Shown: one piece after another, positions 22,151-30,507 of the stretch
Position numbering within the stretch: position 1 is the stretch's first letter
Layout: each line of letters begins with the position of its first letter
From: Armatimonadota bacterium
Lineage (GTDB): Bacteria; Armatimonadota; SYMT01
Assembly (NCBI GenBank): GCA_046292385.1
Contig: JBKBRF010000004.1
Span: 111,654 to 175,653 of the forward strand
Direction: 5' to 3'
Length of the DNA stretch: 64,000 nucleotides
Program-made: the position numbers and the translations under genes
Notes under the pieces: generated by a model
Seen by the model: the letters and a program-made list of their open reading frames with translations, nothing else
Told to the model about the DNA's origin: nothing
Databases searched by the model: none

Positions 22151-22795
22151 GTGAAGCCCCGGCACGCCGCCCTGCTGGTCCTGACGCTCTGCCTGGTGTG
22201 GAAGGCCTACGCCGCGCTCGCGCCTGACTTCGAACGCGACGGTCGCACGGAGCGCGTCCTTGCCAGCCATGGCCTGCACCGGGAGCGCCTCCGCGGGGCG
22301 TCACTTCGGGGGCTGAACCTGCGGGGCCTCGACTTCTCTGGCCTCGATCTCGATTCTGCGGATCTCCGCCGGGCCGACCTCCGCGGCGCTTCCTTCGAGG
22401 AAGCCAATCTCTCCGGAGCGCGCCTGGACGGCGCCGACCTTCGCGGAGCGAGCTTCCGCAGCACCGACTTGATCTTCACCAGCCTGGACGGGGCGGACGC
22501 TCGCGGCGCGGACCTGCGCGGCTCCTTCCTGGTGGTGACCTTCAAGGGTACCGACCTCCGCGGCGCCGACCTTCGCGTCCGAAAGATCACGAGGAACGCG
22601 GCGGATTGCGGCGCCCCATTTCAGTGCTGCAGCGGAGCCACCGACCTCCGCGGCGCCCGCTACGACGCCCGCACTCTCTTTGCACCGGAGATCAACCCGG
22701 TGCAGCGGGGGATGGTGTTCGTCTCCACCCCCCCATTAACCCTGAAGATCGGTTCACCGCGGAGGCGTGATGAGGTTACACCGAGATGGCTGTAG
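22151..22795 (+). CDS. Secreted pentapeptide-repeat protein
   Basis: Signal peptide, then ~20 tandem A(D/N)LRGA-type pentapeptides (ASLRGLNLRGLDFSGLDLDSADLRRADLRGASFEEANLSGARLDGADLRGA...). Confidence 0.8.
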   Translation: MKPRHAALLVLTLCLVWKAYAALAPDFERDGRTERVLASHGLHRERLRGASLRGLNLRGLDFSGLDLDSADLRRADLRGASFEEANLSGARLDGADLRGASFRSTDLIFTSLDGADARGADLRGSFLVVTFKGTDLRGADLRVRKITRNAADCGAPFQCCSGATDLRGARYDARTLFAPEINPVQRGMVFVSTPPLTLKIGSPRRRDEVTPRWL

Positions 22796-22813
22796 TAAGA
22801 ACGTTGTTCTTAC
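22795..22813. promoter_or_regulatory. Palindromic operator candidate upstream of the antitoxin-doc operon
   Basis: Perfect inverted repeat gtaagaac-gtt-gttcttac starting right at the stop codon of the upstream gene, ~55 nt before the antitoxin start. AbrB/MazE-type antitoxins typically autoregulate through such repeats. Confidence 0.4.
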
Positions 22814-22870
22814 GGTAAGCTCTGAGTGCTACGTGAAACTCCCACCTGGGGAGACCACTCGAGAGGGGCT

Positions 22871-23170
22871 ATGATGTCGATCACACGCCGAATCCAGAAG
22901 GTGGGAAACAGTAAGGGCCTCATTCTCACGAGTGACATGCTCGCTCACCTCGGCGTGGACGACCAGGTCACCATCACATACGAGACGGGCCGGATCGTCT
23001 TGAGCGCGCCAGCGGCTGCAGCGAGGCTGGCCCCGGGGCGTAATCGCCAGAGCAAGACAGAGGCGATGCGGGCGACATTCGACCAGTACGAAGATGCGCT
23101 TCAGCGGATGGCAGAGGTGCCGAGAGGGGGGCTTTCGATGGATGCCGCTCGGGATCAGAAGAGCGAGTGA
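22871..23170 (+). CDS. AbrB/MazE/SpoVT-family antitoxin
   Basis: MMSITRRIQKVGNSKGLILTSDMLAHLGVDDQVTI is a swapped-hairpin DNA-binding domain. GAGAGGGG Shine-Dalgarno upstream. Its stop overlaps the toxin start (GTGA). Confidence 0.65.
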   Translation: MMSITRRIQKVGNSKGLILTSDMLAHLGVDDQVTITYETGRIVLSAPAAAARLAPGRNRQSKTEAMRATFDQYEDALQRMAEVPRGGLSMDAARDQKSE

Positions 23171-23598
23171 CTCCGGCATCCGGGGATGAGGGAGGCGAGC
23201 ACCTCGGTGTCGCCTTCCTCACCGTAGCGGACGTTGTGGATCTGCACCGCGAGGCGGTCCGCCGCTTCTCGCCGGGAGAGTCGCTGGTTCTGCGGGATCC
23301 CGGATTGCTCGAGTCGGCGGTGATGAACCCGCAGCAGACCTTTGACGGTGAGTTCCTCTACTCCTCGCTCGCAGAGATGGCCGCGGCCTATTTGATCGGG
23401 CTCGCGCTCAACCATCCCTTCGAGAACGGTAACAAGAGAGTCGCCTTCGCTGCGTGCTCCATCTTCCTTCGCATCAATGGATACCGCCTGGTGCTAAGCC
23501 AGGATGCGGCGGTGGAGCTCACTTTCAACGTGATCAATCGCGTCCTCGATCGCCCACAGATCATCCGGGTGATCGAAGACGCGATGGAAGAGCTTTGA
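23167..23598 (+). CDS. doc: Doc (death-on-curing) / Fic-family toxin
   Basis: HPFENGNKRVAF matches the Fic/Doc core HxFx(D/N)GNKR. 143 aa, translationally coupled to the upstream antitoxin. Confidence 0.8.
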   Translation: MTPASGDEGGEHLGVAFLTVADVVDLHREAVRRFSPGESLVLRDPGLLESAVMNPQQTFDGEFLYSSLAEMAAAYLIGLALNHPFENGNKRVAFAACSIFLRINGYRLVLSQDAAVELTFNVINRVLDRPQIIRVIEDAMEEL

Positions 23599-23627
23599 GT
23601 TGGATCCGCGTGTGGCGAAGCCTCGCG

Positions 23628-24611
23628 TCACTCGGCGCGCAGCACCTCCGGGTTGACGCAGTTCGGCGGTCGCTCGCCCTTGAGCACCGCCAGGATGTTG
23701 CGGACCGCCATCCGCGTCATGGCGGCGCGGGTGGGGCCGCTGGCGCTGCCGAGGTGGGGGAGCACGAAGATCCCGGGCGTGTGCAGGATCGGGTCGTCCG
23801 GTCGAGAGGGAGGCTCCGGATCGGTCACGTCGAGGCCGGCGCCCGCGATCGTGCCGCTCGTGATCGCTTCCAGCAGCGCCGCCTGGTCCACCAGTCCGCC
23901 GCGTCCGGTGTTGACCAGGATGGCGGTCCGCTTCATCTGCCGCAGGCGCTCCGCGTTGATCAGGTGGCGCGTCTCCGGCGTCATCGCGCAGTGGAGGCTG
24001 ACGAAGTCGCTCTCCGCCAGGAGCCGGTCCAGGGAGCTGTACTCGCAGCCGAGGGAGAACTCCAGCTCCGGCTTGCGAGTGCGGGAATGGTAGAGCACCC
24101 GCATCCCGAATCCCTGTGCCCGCCGCGCGACCGCCGCGCCGATCCGGCCCATGCCGACGATCCCGAGGGTCGCCCCGCTCACTTCCTGGCCCCACAGGAG
24201 CCCCTGCGCCCACTGCCAGCGATCTTCCCGCGCGGCGACAAGCCCCTCGCCGAAGCGGCGGGCGGCGGCGATGATCAGCCCGAAGGCGAGGTCCGCGGTG
24301 GCGTTCACCACCACGTCCGGCGTGTTCGTCACGATGACGCCGCGCGCGGTCGCGGCGGGAACCTCGATGTTGTCGTAGCCGACTCCGAAGTTCGCTACCA
24401 CCTTCAGTGAGGCGCCGGCGGCGTCGAGCACCGCGGCGGAGACGCCCGCGCCGCTGACGGGAAGCAGGGCGGCGACTCCTTCGGCGTGGGTAAGCATCTC
24501 TCCCAGGGAAGGCTTCTCGGGAGCCGGGCGGACCGTCACCTCCGCCAGCTCACGGAGTGGAGCGAGCTCCGCGTCGGCCACGGGGCCGGTTACGAAGACG
24601 CGCGGCTTCAT
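23628..24611 (-). CDS. D-isomer-specific 2-hydroxyacid dehydrogenase (glyoxylate/hydroxypyruvate reductase-like)
   Basis: NAD-binding GIVGMGRIGAAVARRAQGFGMRV plus the catalytic Arg/Glu/His arrangement of the D-2-hydroxyacid dehydrogenase family. Confidence 0.85.
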   Translation of the reverse strand: MKPRVFVTGPVADAELAPLRELAEVTVRPAPEKPSLGEMLTHAEGVAALLPVSGAGVSAAVLDAAGASLKVVANFGVGYDNIEVPAATARGVIVTNTPDVVVNATADLAFGLIIAAARRFGEGLVAAREDRWQWAQGLLWGQEVSGATLGIVGMGRIGAAVARRAQGFGMRVLYHSRTRKPELEFSLGCEYSSLDRLLAESDFVSLHCAMTPETRHLINAERLRQMKRTAILVNTGRGGLVDQAALLEAITSGTIAGAGLDVTDPEPPSRPDDPILHTPGIFVLPHLGSASGPTRAAMTRMAVRNILAVLKGERPPNCVNPEVLRAE

Positions 24612-24654
24612 TCCTGCCCTCCGGCGAGCGGGGGCACTCGATCGTTCATCGGCA

Positions 24655-25152
24655 TCAGTAGGTCCAGTCCTTGTGCTGGGCGTAGGCGAGGATTCCGAGC
24701 AGGCACTCCGCGCTCGGACGCCCGCGCGGGCCGCTCAGGATCCAGTAGCAGGAGAGGTTTCCCTGGCTGTCGATCAGGAAGACGGCGGGCGCCATGTAGT
24801 AGTGGTACGAGTCCGGGAGCTGGTGGTGCGGCTCGTAGATGCCGAGCATCTCCCCGACCGCGCCGTCGTCGTCGATCAGAATCCGGGGCCGGATCTTGAA
24901 TTGCTCCCGGAAGATCCGGTGCTCCTCTCGGCCGCCGCGCAGCAGAAAGACCAGCTCCGTGTTGTTCCACTTGAAGATGTGCTGGAACGTGTCCCAGAGG
25001 GCGAACTCGCCCCGGGTGGTCGGTCAGAACTCGCCGCGGCAGGCGTGGATGATCACCATCTTGCCGCGGTAGTCGCTCAGGCGCCACTCTTCGCCGTCGG
25101 TATCCTTCAGGACGATATCGGGGACCGGCTCCCCATTCTTAAGCGAGGACAT
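24655..25152 (-). CDS. Bcp/PrxQ-type peroxiredoxin with in-frame UGA (candidate selenocysteine) at the peroxidatic position
   Basis: ATG ~25152 with a GGAGAG Shine-Dalgarno gives MSSLKNGEPVPDIVLKDTDGEEWRLSDYRGKMVIIHACRGEF, then TGA at 25024-25026. The same frame continues PTTRGEFALWDTFQHIFKWNNTELVFLLRGGREEHRIFREQFKIRPRILIDDDGAVGEMLGIYEP...APAVFLIDSQGNLSCYWILSGPRG...WTY to the stop at 24655; the 64-aa track ORF is the tail of this frame. The same-frame relationship is confirmed by the two overlapping track ORFs 24608-25087 and 24655-24849. It aligns along its length with E. coli Bcp ([44 protein letters not shown]), with the TGA at the peroxidatic Cys. Confidence 0.6.
24993..25016 (-). promoter_or_regulatory. 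bSECIS-like stem-loop immediately 3' of the in-frame UGA
   Basis: On the mRNA: UGA-ccgacca-CCC-g-GGGCG-AGUU-CGCCC-ucu-GGG. This is a 5-bp GC upper stem with an AGUU apical loop (containing the G-U dinucleotide), beginning ~12 nt after the UGA, with a 3-bp lower stem. Spacing and shape resemble bacterial SECIS elements. Confidence 0.4.
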
Positions 25153-25185
25153 AGGACTCTCCGCGCGCGGCCGACCCGCGCGCCG

Positions 25186-25374
25186 TCAGGCAGATTCGGA
25201 GGGCTGCTCCGGGAGCGGGCGCAGGGCCAGGTAGCAGCTGGTGCACTTGAGGTGCTGGCGCGCGCCGCTGCCGGCAATCTCCAGCGTGCCGCAGCATTCG
25301 GGGCAGAAGTCCCGCTCCGTCAGCTCGAGCCGCACCAGCTCTCCGCGGACGATCGTCTCGGTAACGATTCTCAT
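25186..25374 (-). CDS. Small zinc-ribbon protein (four Cys)
   Basis: 62 aa with CPECCG...CTSC. Sits between mogA and the peroxiredoxin gene. Confidence 0.4.
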   Translation of the reverse strand: MRIVTETIVRGELVRLELTERDFCPECCGTLEIAGSGARQHLKCTSCYLALRPLPEQPSESA

Positions 25375-25381
25375 GGTCCGG

Positions 25382-25900
25382 CTACCGGTGCAGCTCCCAG
25401 ACCAGGTGCTCCAGCTCCGGGATGATCAGGCGGTCCATCGCCAGCTTCACCGCGTTGGAGCTTCCCGGCATGCTGAAGAAGACGCGCCTGCGGTAGACGC
25501 CGGCGGTGGCGCGGCTGAGCATGGCGGCGGCGCCGATCTCCTGGTACGAGAGCATCCGGAACAGCTCCCCGAAACCGGACAGCTCCTTCTCCAGGCGCTT
25601 GGCCAGGGCGTCGTAGGTGGTGTCGCGGGTAGCGATGCCGGTGCCGCCGTTCAGCAGCACCGCCTGCGCCTCGCCCGCGTCCAGCTCGTGGTCGATCAGC
25701 GCCAGGATCCGCTCCGGCTCGTCTTTCACGATCTGGTAGAAGACGACGCGGTGCCCCGCGGCCTCCAGGCGCTCGCGGATCAGTTGGCCGCTGGTGTCGG
25801 TCTCCGGCGTGCGGGTGTCGCTGACGGTGAGCACGGCGCAAGCCACCGGGCCTCGCTCCGCGGCGGCGGCCCGGTGCTGTTGGGTCGATTCACTCGGCAT
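25382..25900 (-). CDS. mogA: Molybdenum cofactor biosynthesis protein MogA/MoaB (molybdopterin adenylyltransferase)
   Basis: LTVSDTRT, the [12 protein letters not shown] motif and an overall MoaB/MogA fold over 172 aa. Confidence 0.8.
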   Translation of the reverse strand: MPSESTQQHRAAAAERGPVACAVLTVSDTRTPETDTSGQLIRERLEAAGHRVVFYQIVKDEPERILALIDHELDAGEAQAVLLNGGTGIATRDTTYDALAKRLEKELSGFGELFRMLSYQEIGAAAMLSRATAGVYRRRVFFSMPGSSNAVKLAMDRLIIPELEHLVWELHR

Positions 25901-25961
25901 GGAGCTCCGCGGCGGCAGCTGGGCGTCTGCCTGCCGCTTCCTTTCTCGTGAACATGATGCT

Positions 25962-27005
25962 CTACAAGCCTACCCGCCGGCCGGTCGCGGCGCTTTCGTA
26001 CGCGCCGAGGCACATGTGCGTGGAGACCCGCCCGCCGCGTGCGTCGCAGTCCGGCGCCGCTTCCGCCTTGAGCTGGTCGATCCACGGCCTCGGCACGGCG
26101 GCGATCCGCTCGCCGTGCGTCTTCGGAATCGGCATGCGGATCTCTTCCCACCGCTGCGGCTCGCCCCGCCGGTAGAGCTTCAGCGGGACCGCTCCCTCGG
26201 GTGCGAACGGGGTGGAGACCCCGTCTCCGTAGTAATGCTGCACCGTCCCGCGGTCGCCGTAAACCTCCGTGGTGATCTCCGCGCCGAGGGTGACCGAGCA
26301 GTTGTAGAGCAGCCCGAGCGCGCCCTGACGGAACCGGTAGATCGCCATCCCGGTATCGTCCGGCGCGCAGTCGGTCAGGACGTTCCCGATCTCCGCCATT
26401 ACGCTGACCGGCTCTCCCAGGAACCAGTAGAGGAGGTCCGCGGCGTGGACCGCGTCGTCCATGAACATGCCCTTGTTGGCGACCGGATCGATGTGCCAGC
26501 GGCTCGGGCCGGAGAGGAACGCCTCGTTGAAGAGGAGGTTGAGGCAGTGCCGGCGGCGCAGGGTGCCGATCTTCCCCAGCGTGCCGTCGTCGATCATCTG
26601 CTTCATCCGCTGGTTCACCGGATCGCAGCGCATCTGGAACGCCATGCGCAGCGTCACTCCGGCGCGGTCGACCGCCGCGATGATCCGGTCGCACTCCTCC
26701 AGGGTGAGCGCCATCGGCTTCTGCAGCAGGATCTGCTTGCCCGCCTCCGCCGCGGCGACGCAGTGGTCGCCATGCTTGTTCGTCTCGCTGGTGACGATCA
26801 CGGCGTCGAGGTCCCGCCGGCCGAGCAGGTCCTCCAGGTGCGGGGTGAACTCCATCCCGAACTTCTCGGCGCCCGCCCGGCCGCGGTCCAGGTCATCGTC
26901 CCAGGCGGCGACCAGGCGCACGTCGTCCCAGTCCTTCATCTGGTTGCAGTAGGCGTTGATGTGCCCGTGTGCGAAGCTGATCACGCCGACGTTGATGCGA
27001 CTCAT
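25962..27005 (-). CDS. Gfo/Idh/MocA-family NAD(P)-dependent oxidoreductase
   Basis: N-terminal Rossmann [16 protein letters not shown] and the EKP-type motif [16 protein letters not shown]. Its start overlaps the stop of the upstream gene (ATGA). Confidence 0.8.
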   Translation of the reverse strand: MSRINVGVISFAHGHINAYCNQMKDWDDVRLVAAWDDDLDRGRAGAEKFGMEFTPHLEDLLGRRDLDAVIVTSETNKHGDHCVAAAEAGKQILLQKPMALTLEECDRIIAAVDRAGVTLRMAFQMRCDPVNQRMKQMIDDGTLGKIGTLRRRHCLNLLFNEAFLSGPSRWHIDPVANKGMFMDDAVHAADLLYWFLGEPVSVMAEIGNVLTDCAPDDTGMAIYRFRQGALGLLYNCSVTLGAEITTEVYGDRGTVQHYYGDGVSTPFAPEGAVPLKLYRRGEPQRWEEIRMPIPKTHGERIAAVPRPWIDQLKAEAAPDCDARGGRVSTHMCLGAYESAATGRRVGL

Positions 27006-28429
27006 CGCTCTCCTTCCATCTTCCGCAGCAATCCAGCCGCGGCGGTCGCCCACGACTCTCCGGTCCCCGGGACGTACCGGGCGCTACGGTAGCCCGCCTC
27101 ATACCCGCCCTCGGCGTAGCCCTGGCGGTGGGGGATGTAGCCCATCGCCCCGTTGGTGAGGCCGATCGTGCGGGTCACGGCGAGGGGGGAGTCGGCCTCC
27201 ACCTGCCGCGCCAGCTCTACGAAGACCTCTCCCGGCAGCGCCGCCAGGCCGAACTGGCCCAGGCGAAGCGCCGTCACGCGCGCGGTGTGCTCACGGTCGC
27301 GTGTCTCCGCCAGCACCACCGCCGCCGGCGCGAAGAGGCCGTTGAACTCGAAGGCGTCCTTTCCGGTGCGAAGGCGCTCCCGGGCCTCCGTCAGCTCTTC
27401 CGGGGTGGGGCGGCGGAGACGCGACTTCACCCCGGTGCTCCGCGCCTGGAGCGGGCCGCTCAGCGCCTCGCCTCCCTTCGCCAGCGCCGCCAGGGCGGAC
27501 GCCGCAAGCTGCCGGCCGATCCGGCGCGACTCCTCCGGGCCGGACTTCTGCGCGGCATTCTTCACGTCGATGTGGTTGATGTTGCCGCAGCAGGTGTTGA
27601 GGAACACGACACGCCAGTCCGCTCCCAGTCGCTCGCGCAGCGCCTCGGAGAGGTGCGCGGGGTAGTCGGCGGAGTACTGCGTGCCGCTCACGCAGTCCGG
27701 ATGCAGGCCATACAGGACGGTGACGACCTTCCGGTCCGGGAAGCGGAGCAGGTGTACGCGCGGATCGATGGTGCCGGCCGGCTCCACCACCTCCGGGTTG
27801 CTGCGGCCGGGGTTGGTGCGCACGGAGCCGTCCCGCATCCGGAAGCGTCGATAGAACGCGACCGTCTCCTCGCGCCCCTCGTGCAGGGTCGGCGCGCTCT
27901 CCGGCGCAGCCTCCGCTGCCGCGCGCCCGACCGCCTCCGCCGTCTTGCGGACGAGGGTGTCGACCCACGTGGTATCCACCTGGCCCGGGTAGAACTCCGG
28001 GTAGATCTTCTCCGTGTCGGAGGTGAAGGTTCCCTCGCGTGGGATCATCCCACCGGTGTGCGTGTGGGTGGCGTGGACCCAGACGTGGCGCGGCGCGGGC
28101 CGGACCGAGTCGGCCATCGCTTTCCGGATCCGCTGCGCCAGCGGCTCGCCGACCGCAATCAGGTCGCAGGCCACGATCGCCACGCTTTCTCCGCCTTTCC
28201 GAAGGTAGAGCACCTTGCTCTTGAGCGGGTCGAGCGTGCCGGTCGCGCGACGGTCGCCGAAGTAGCCCGGCATGGAGCCGCCGAGCGGCGGAGTGACGTC
28301 GGCCTCCGCATAGCCGACGTGGAGCACTGCGGGAGCGGCGGCGGGAGCGGTGCGCTGCCACGCGAGGGCGGCAGTCACGAGCCCCGATGCGACGGCGGCA
28401 CGGGCGATCAGGGGAAGCGGTTGGGCCAT
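27002..28429 (-). CDS. Secreted hydrolase, tentatively neutral/alkaline-ceramidase-like
   Basis: Signal peptide MAQPLPLIARAAVASGLVTAALAWQ. LHVGYAEADVTPPLGGSMPGYF resembles the N terminus of neutral ceramidases. The assignment is weak. Confidence 0.35.
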   Translation of the reverse strand: MAQPLPLIARAAVASGLVTAALAWQRTAPAAAPAVLHVGYAEADVTPPLGGSMPGYFGDRRATGTLDPLKSKVLYLRKGGESVAIVACDLIAVGEPLAQRIRKAMADSVRPAPRHVWVHATHTHTGGMIPREGTFTSDTEKIYPEFYPGQVDTTWVDTLVRKTAEAVGRAAAEAAPESAPTLHEGREETVAFYRRFRMRDGSVRTNPGRSNPEVVEPAGTIDPRVHLLRFPDRKVVTVLYGLHPDCVSGTQYSADYPAHLSEALRERLGADWRVVFLNTCCGNINHIDVKNAAQKSGPEESRRIGRQLAASALAALAKGGEALSGPLQARSTGVKSRLRRPTPEELTEARERLRTGKDAFEFNGLFAPAAVVLAETRDREHTARVTALRLGQFGLAALPGEVFVELARQVEADSPLAVTRTIGLTNGAMGYIPHRQGYAEGGYEAGYRSARYVPGTGESWATAAAGLLRKMEGER

Positions 28430-28591
28430 GGAGAGCCTCCGAGGGCCAGGCGCGAGCGACGGTGCTTCGCGCGTCGGTCCGTCTCTCCTTAGCACGAGGG
28501 CGCGCCTGTATTCCTTCTCGTCTAAGCGGCAGCGCCCCTTTCTGCCGGGGCAGGAAGGGGCGCAGAGCGCAATCGGGGCACCATGCCGGCG

Positions 28592-30025
28592 TCAGATCGG
28601 CGGAACGCCGGAGGGGGAGCCGCCCGGGATAATTGGCGTCAGCTTCGGGGCGTTCTTCGGGACAGGCGGCATCAGGTCTTGCTTCGCGGCCGGCGACTCT
28701 GTTTGGAGCCACTGCAGCACCGCGCGCTGAAGCTGTTTCTTCGTCTCCGGCTCGAGCTCTCGCAGGTCGATTCGCTCACCCGGGTCTTTCACCACGTTGT
28801 AGAGCGAGGCGGGCGCGCCTCGGGCGGGGAAGATCAGCTTCATGTCGCCGCGCATCGCCGCCAGCTGGTAGCTGCCTTCCGCCCGCCACTCCCAGTACAG
28901 CGTGCGCTCCGGCGCCTTCGCCCTGCCGGTCCACACCGGCAGCACGTTGAGGCCGTCCAGCGCCCACTCCGGCTGCGGCGCAACGCCGGCGGCCGCCAGT
29001 AAGCTCGGCATCACATCCACCATGTGGAGCGGCTCCTCGACCACGCTCCTGGCCGGCACCTGCCCGGGCCACCGCAGCGCCGCGGGGACGCGGATGCCGC
29101 CCTCCAGCAGCGTGCGCTTCTGGCCGCGGAAGGGCCGGTTGCTGTCGTGGAACGCCGGGGCACCCTTGGCGCCCTGCTCGAAGGTAGCGCCGTGGTCGCT
29201 CGTGAAGAGCACCAGCGTGTTCTCCGCCAGTCCCAGCTCCTCCAGGTGGTCGAGCACGCGGCCGACCTCTTTGTCGAGGCGGGTGATCATCGCTGCGTAG
29301 GTGGCGTTGACCGGCTCGGAAGGATTCGCTTCCGGGAACTTGCCGCGGTGCTCCGCCACGTCCTCGGCGGGCGCCTCGATTCCGAAATGGGGGGCGGTGT
29401 AGGAGAGCGTCAGGAAGAACGGCTCCGTCTGGTGCTGATCCAGGAATTCCAGCGCCCGGTTAGTAAAGAGCGTGTCCGCGTAGCCGGAGACCGGCACCTG
29501 CTGGCGTCCGTCCCAGAGCCGGGATGGGAAATGGTGGTGCGCCTCGTTGGCGTTGGTGAAGCCGAAGAAGCTCTCGAACCCCTGGTCCATCGGGTGGGTG
29601 TAGCTCGACTTCCCGGGCCGGGTGCGACCGTGGTGCCACTTGCCGTACAGCCCGGTGGCGTACCCACGGGTCTGGAGCGCCTCGGCGAGCGTCACCTCCT
29701 CCTCCGGCAGGTCGCCGCCGTTGCCGATCACCCCATTGTGGATGCCGTAGCGGCCGGTCAGCAGCGCGGCGCGGCTGGGGCCGCAGACGGCCGAGGCGCT
29801 GTACCAGCGGGTGAAGCGCGCCCCCTGCGACGCGAGCCGGTCCAGCCGCGGAGTCTTCCACTCCGTCCGGCCGTTGAAGCCGACGTCACCCCAGCCGAGA
29901 TCATCCGCCAGGATGAAGACGAGATTCGGGCGGCGAGGCGTGGAGCCGGGACGCTGCGACGCAGCCGCCCAGGTGACGAGGCTGGCGAGGACCGCCAGGG
30001 TGACGAGCAGCGATCTGCACTTCAT
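28592..30025 (-). CDS. Arylsulfatase (formylglycine-dependent sulfatase family), secreted
   Basis: Signal peptide, then LVFILADDLGWGDVG and the CGPSRAALLTGRY formylglycine motif (C-x-P-S-R), and GKWH. Confidence 0.85.
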   Translation of the reverse strand: MKCRSLLVTLAVLASLVTWAAASQRPGSTPRRPNLVFILADDLGWGDVGFNGRTEWKTPRLDRLASQGARFTRWYSASAVCGPSRAALLTGRYGIHNGVIGNGGDLPEEEVTLAEALQTRGYATGLYGKWHHGRTRPGKSSYTHPMDQGFESFFGFTNANEAHHHFPSRLWDGRQQVPVSGYADTLFTNRALEFLDQHQTEPFFLTLSYTAPHFGIEAPAEDVAEHRGKFPEANPSEPVNATYAAMITRLDKEVGRVLDHLEELGLAENTLVLFTSDHGATFEQGAKGAPAFHDSNRPFRGQKRTLLEGGIRVPAALRWPGQVPARSVVEEPLHMVDVMPSLLAAAGVAPQPEWALDGLNVLPVWTGRAKAPERTLYWEWRAEGSYQLAAMRGDMKLIFPARGAPASLYNVVKDPGERIDLRELEPETKKQLQRAVLQWLQTESPAAKQDLMPPVPKNAPKLTPIIPGGSPSGVPPI

Positions 30026-30507
30026 CTTTGGATTTATTCAGCATTGATTAAGATTTGGTTCCGAGACACGGCAATATTCGGAGTGACCACAGTCACTTAC
30101 CTCCCTGAAAAGCGCCTGTACGGTCGAATCTAGATAATCTTTAGACGGAGCACACATGGGTGGGACGTCAAGATGGGCCGGCGACCACGAAATCGCCGGT
30201 TGGGGACGCAGAGGGGAGGCGTGACGCGGCATGGCTGAGATCTCAACTCACTGCCATCGTGGGGCCCGTCACCAGGCGCTTCGGCTGCAGCGCGCGGCCG
30301 GGGAGTTGCTAATGCCGCTCCGGGCACCCGGGCAGGATGAAGCCACGGTGAGCGCTGCGTCTCACGCGGCCTCACCCCCGGCCTCTCTCCTGCGAGGAGG
30401 GGGGAGCCATGGGTGGCAGGCAGGCTGCCTCCCCCTTCCACTCGCCCTGCGCCTTCGAGAGCCGTTCAAAGTAGGCTCACTTCCTCGTCCGGTATGATCA
30501 GGCCGGA

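Noticed and set aside
24608-25087. 159-aa Arg/Pro-rich track ORF overlapping the peroxiredoxin locus
   Set aside because: It is an out-of-frame artefact. The Bcp-homologous frame is the one containing the in-frame TGA.
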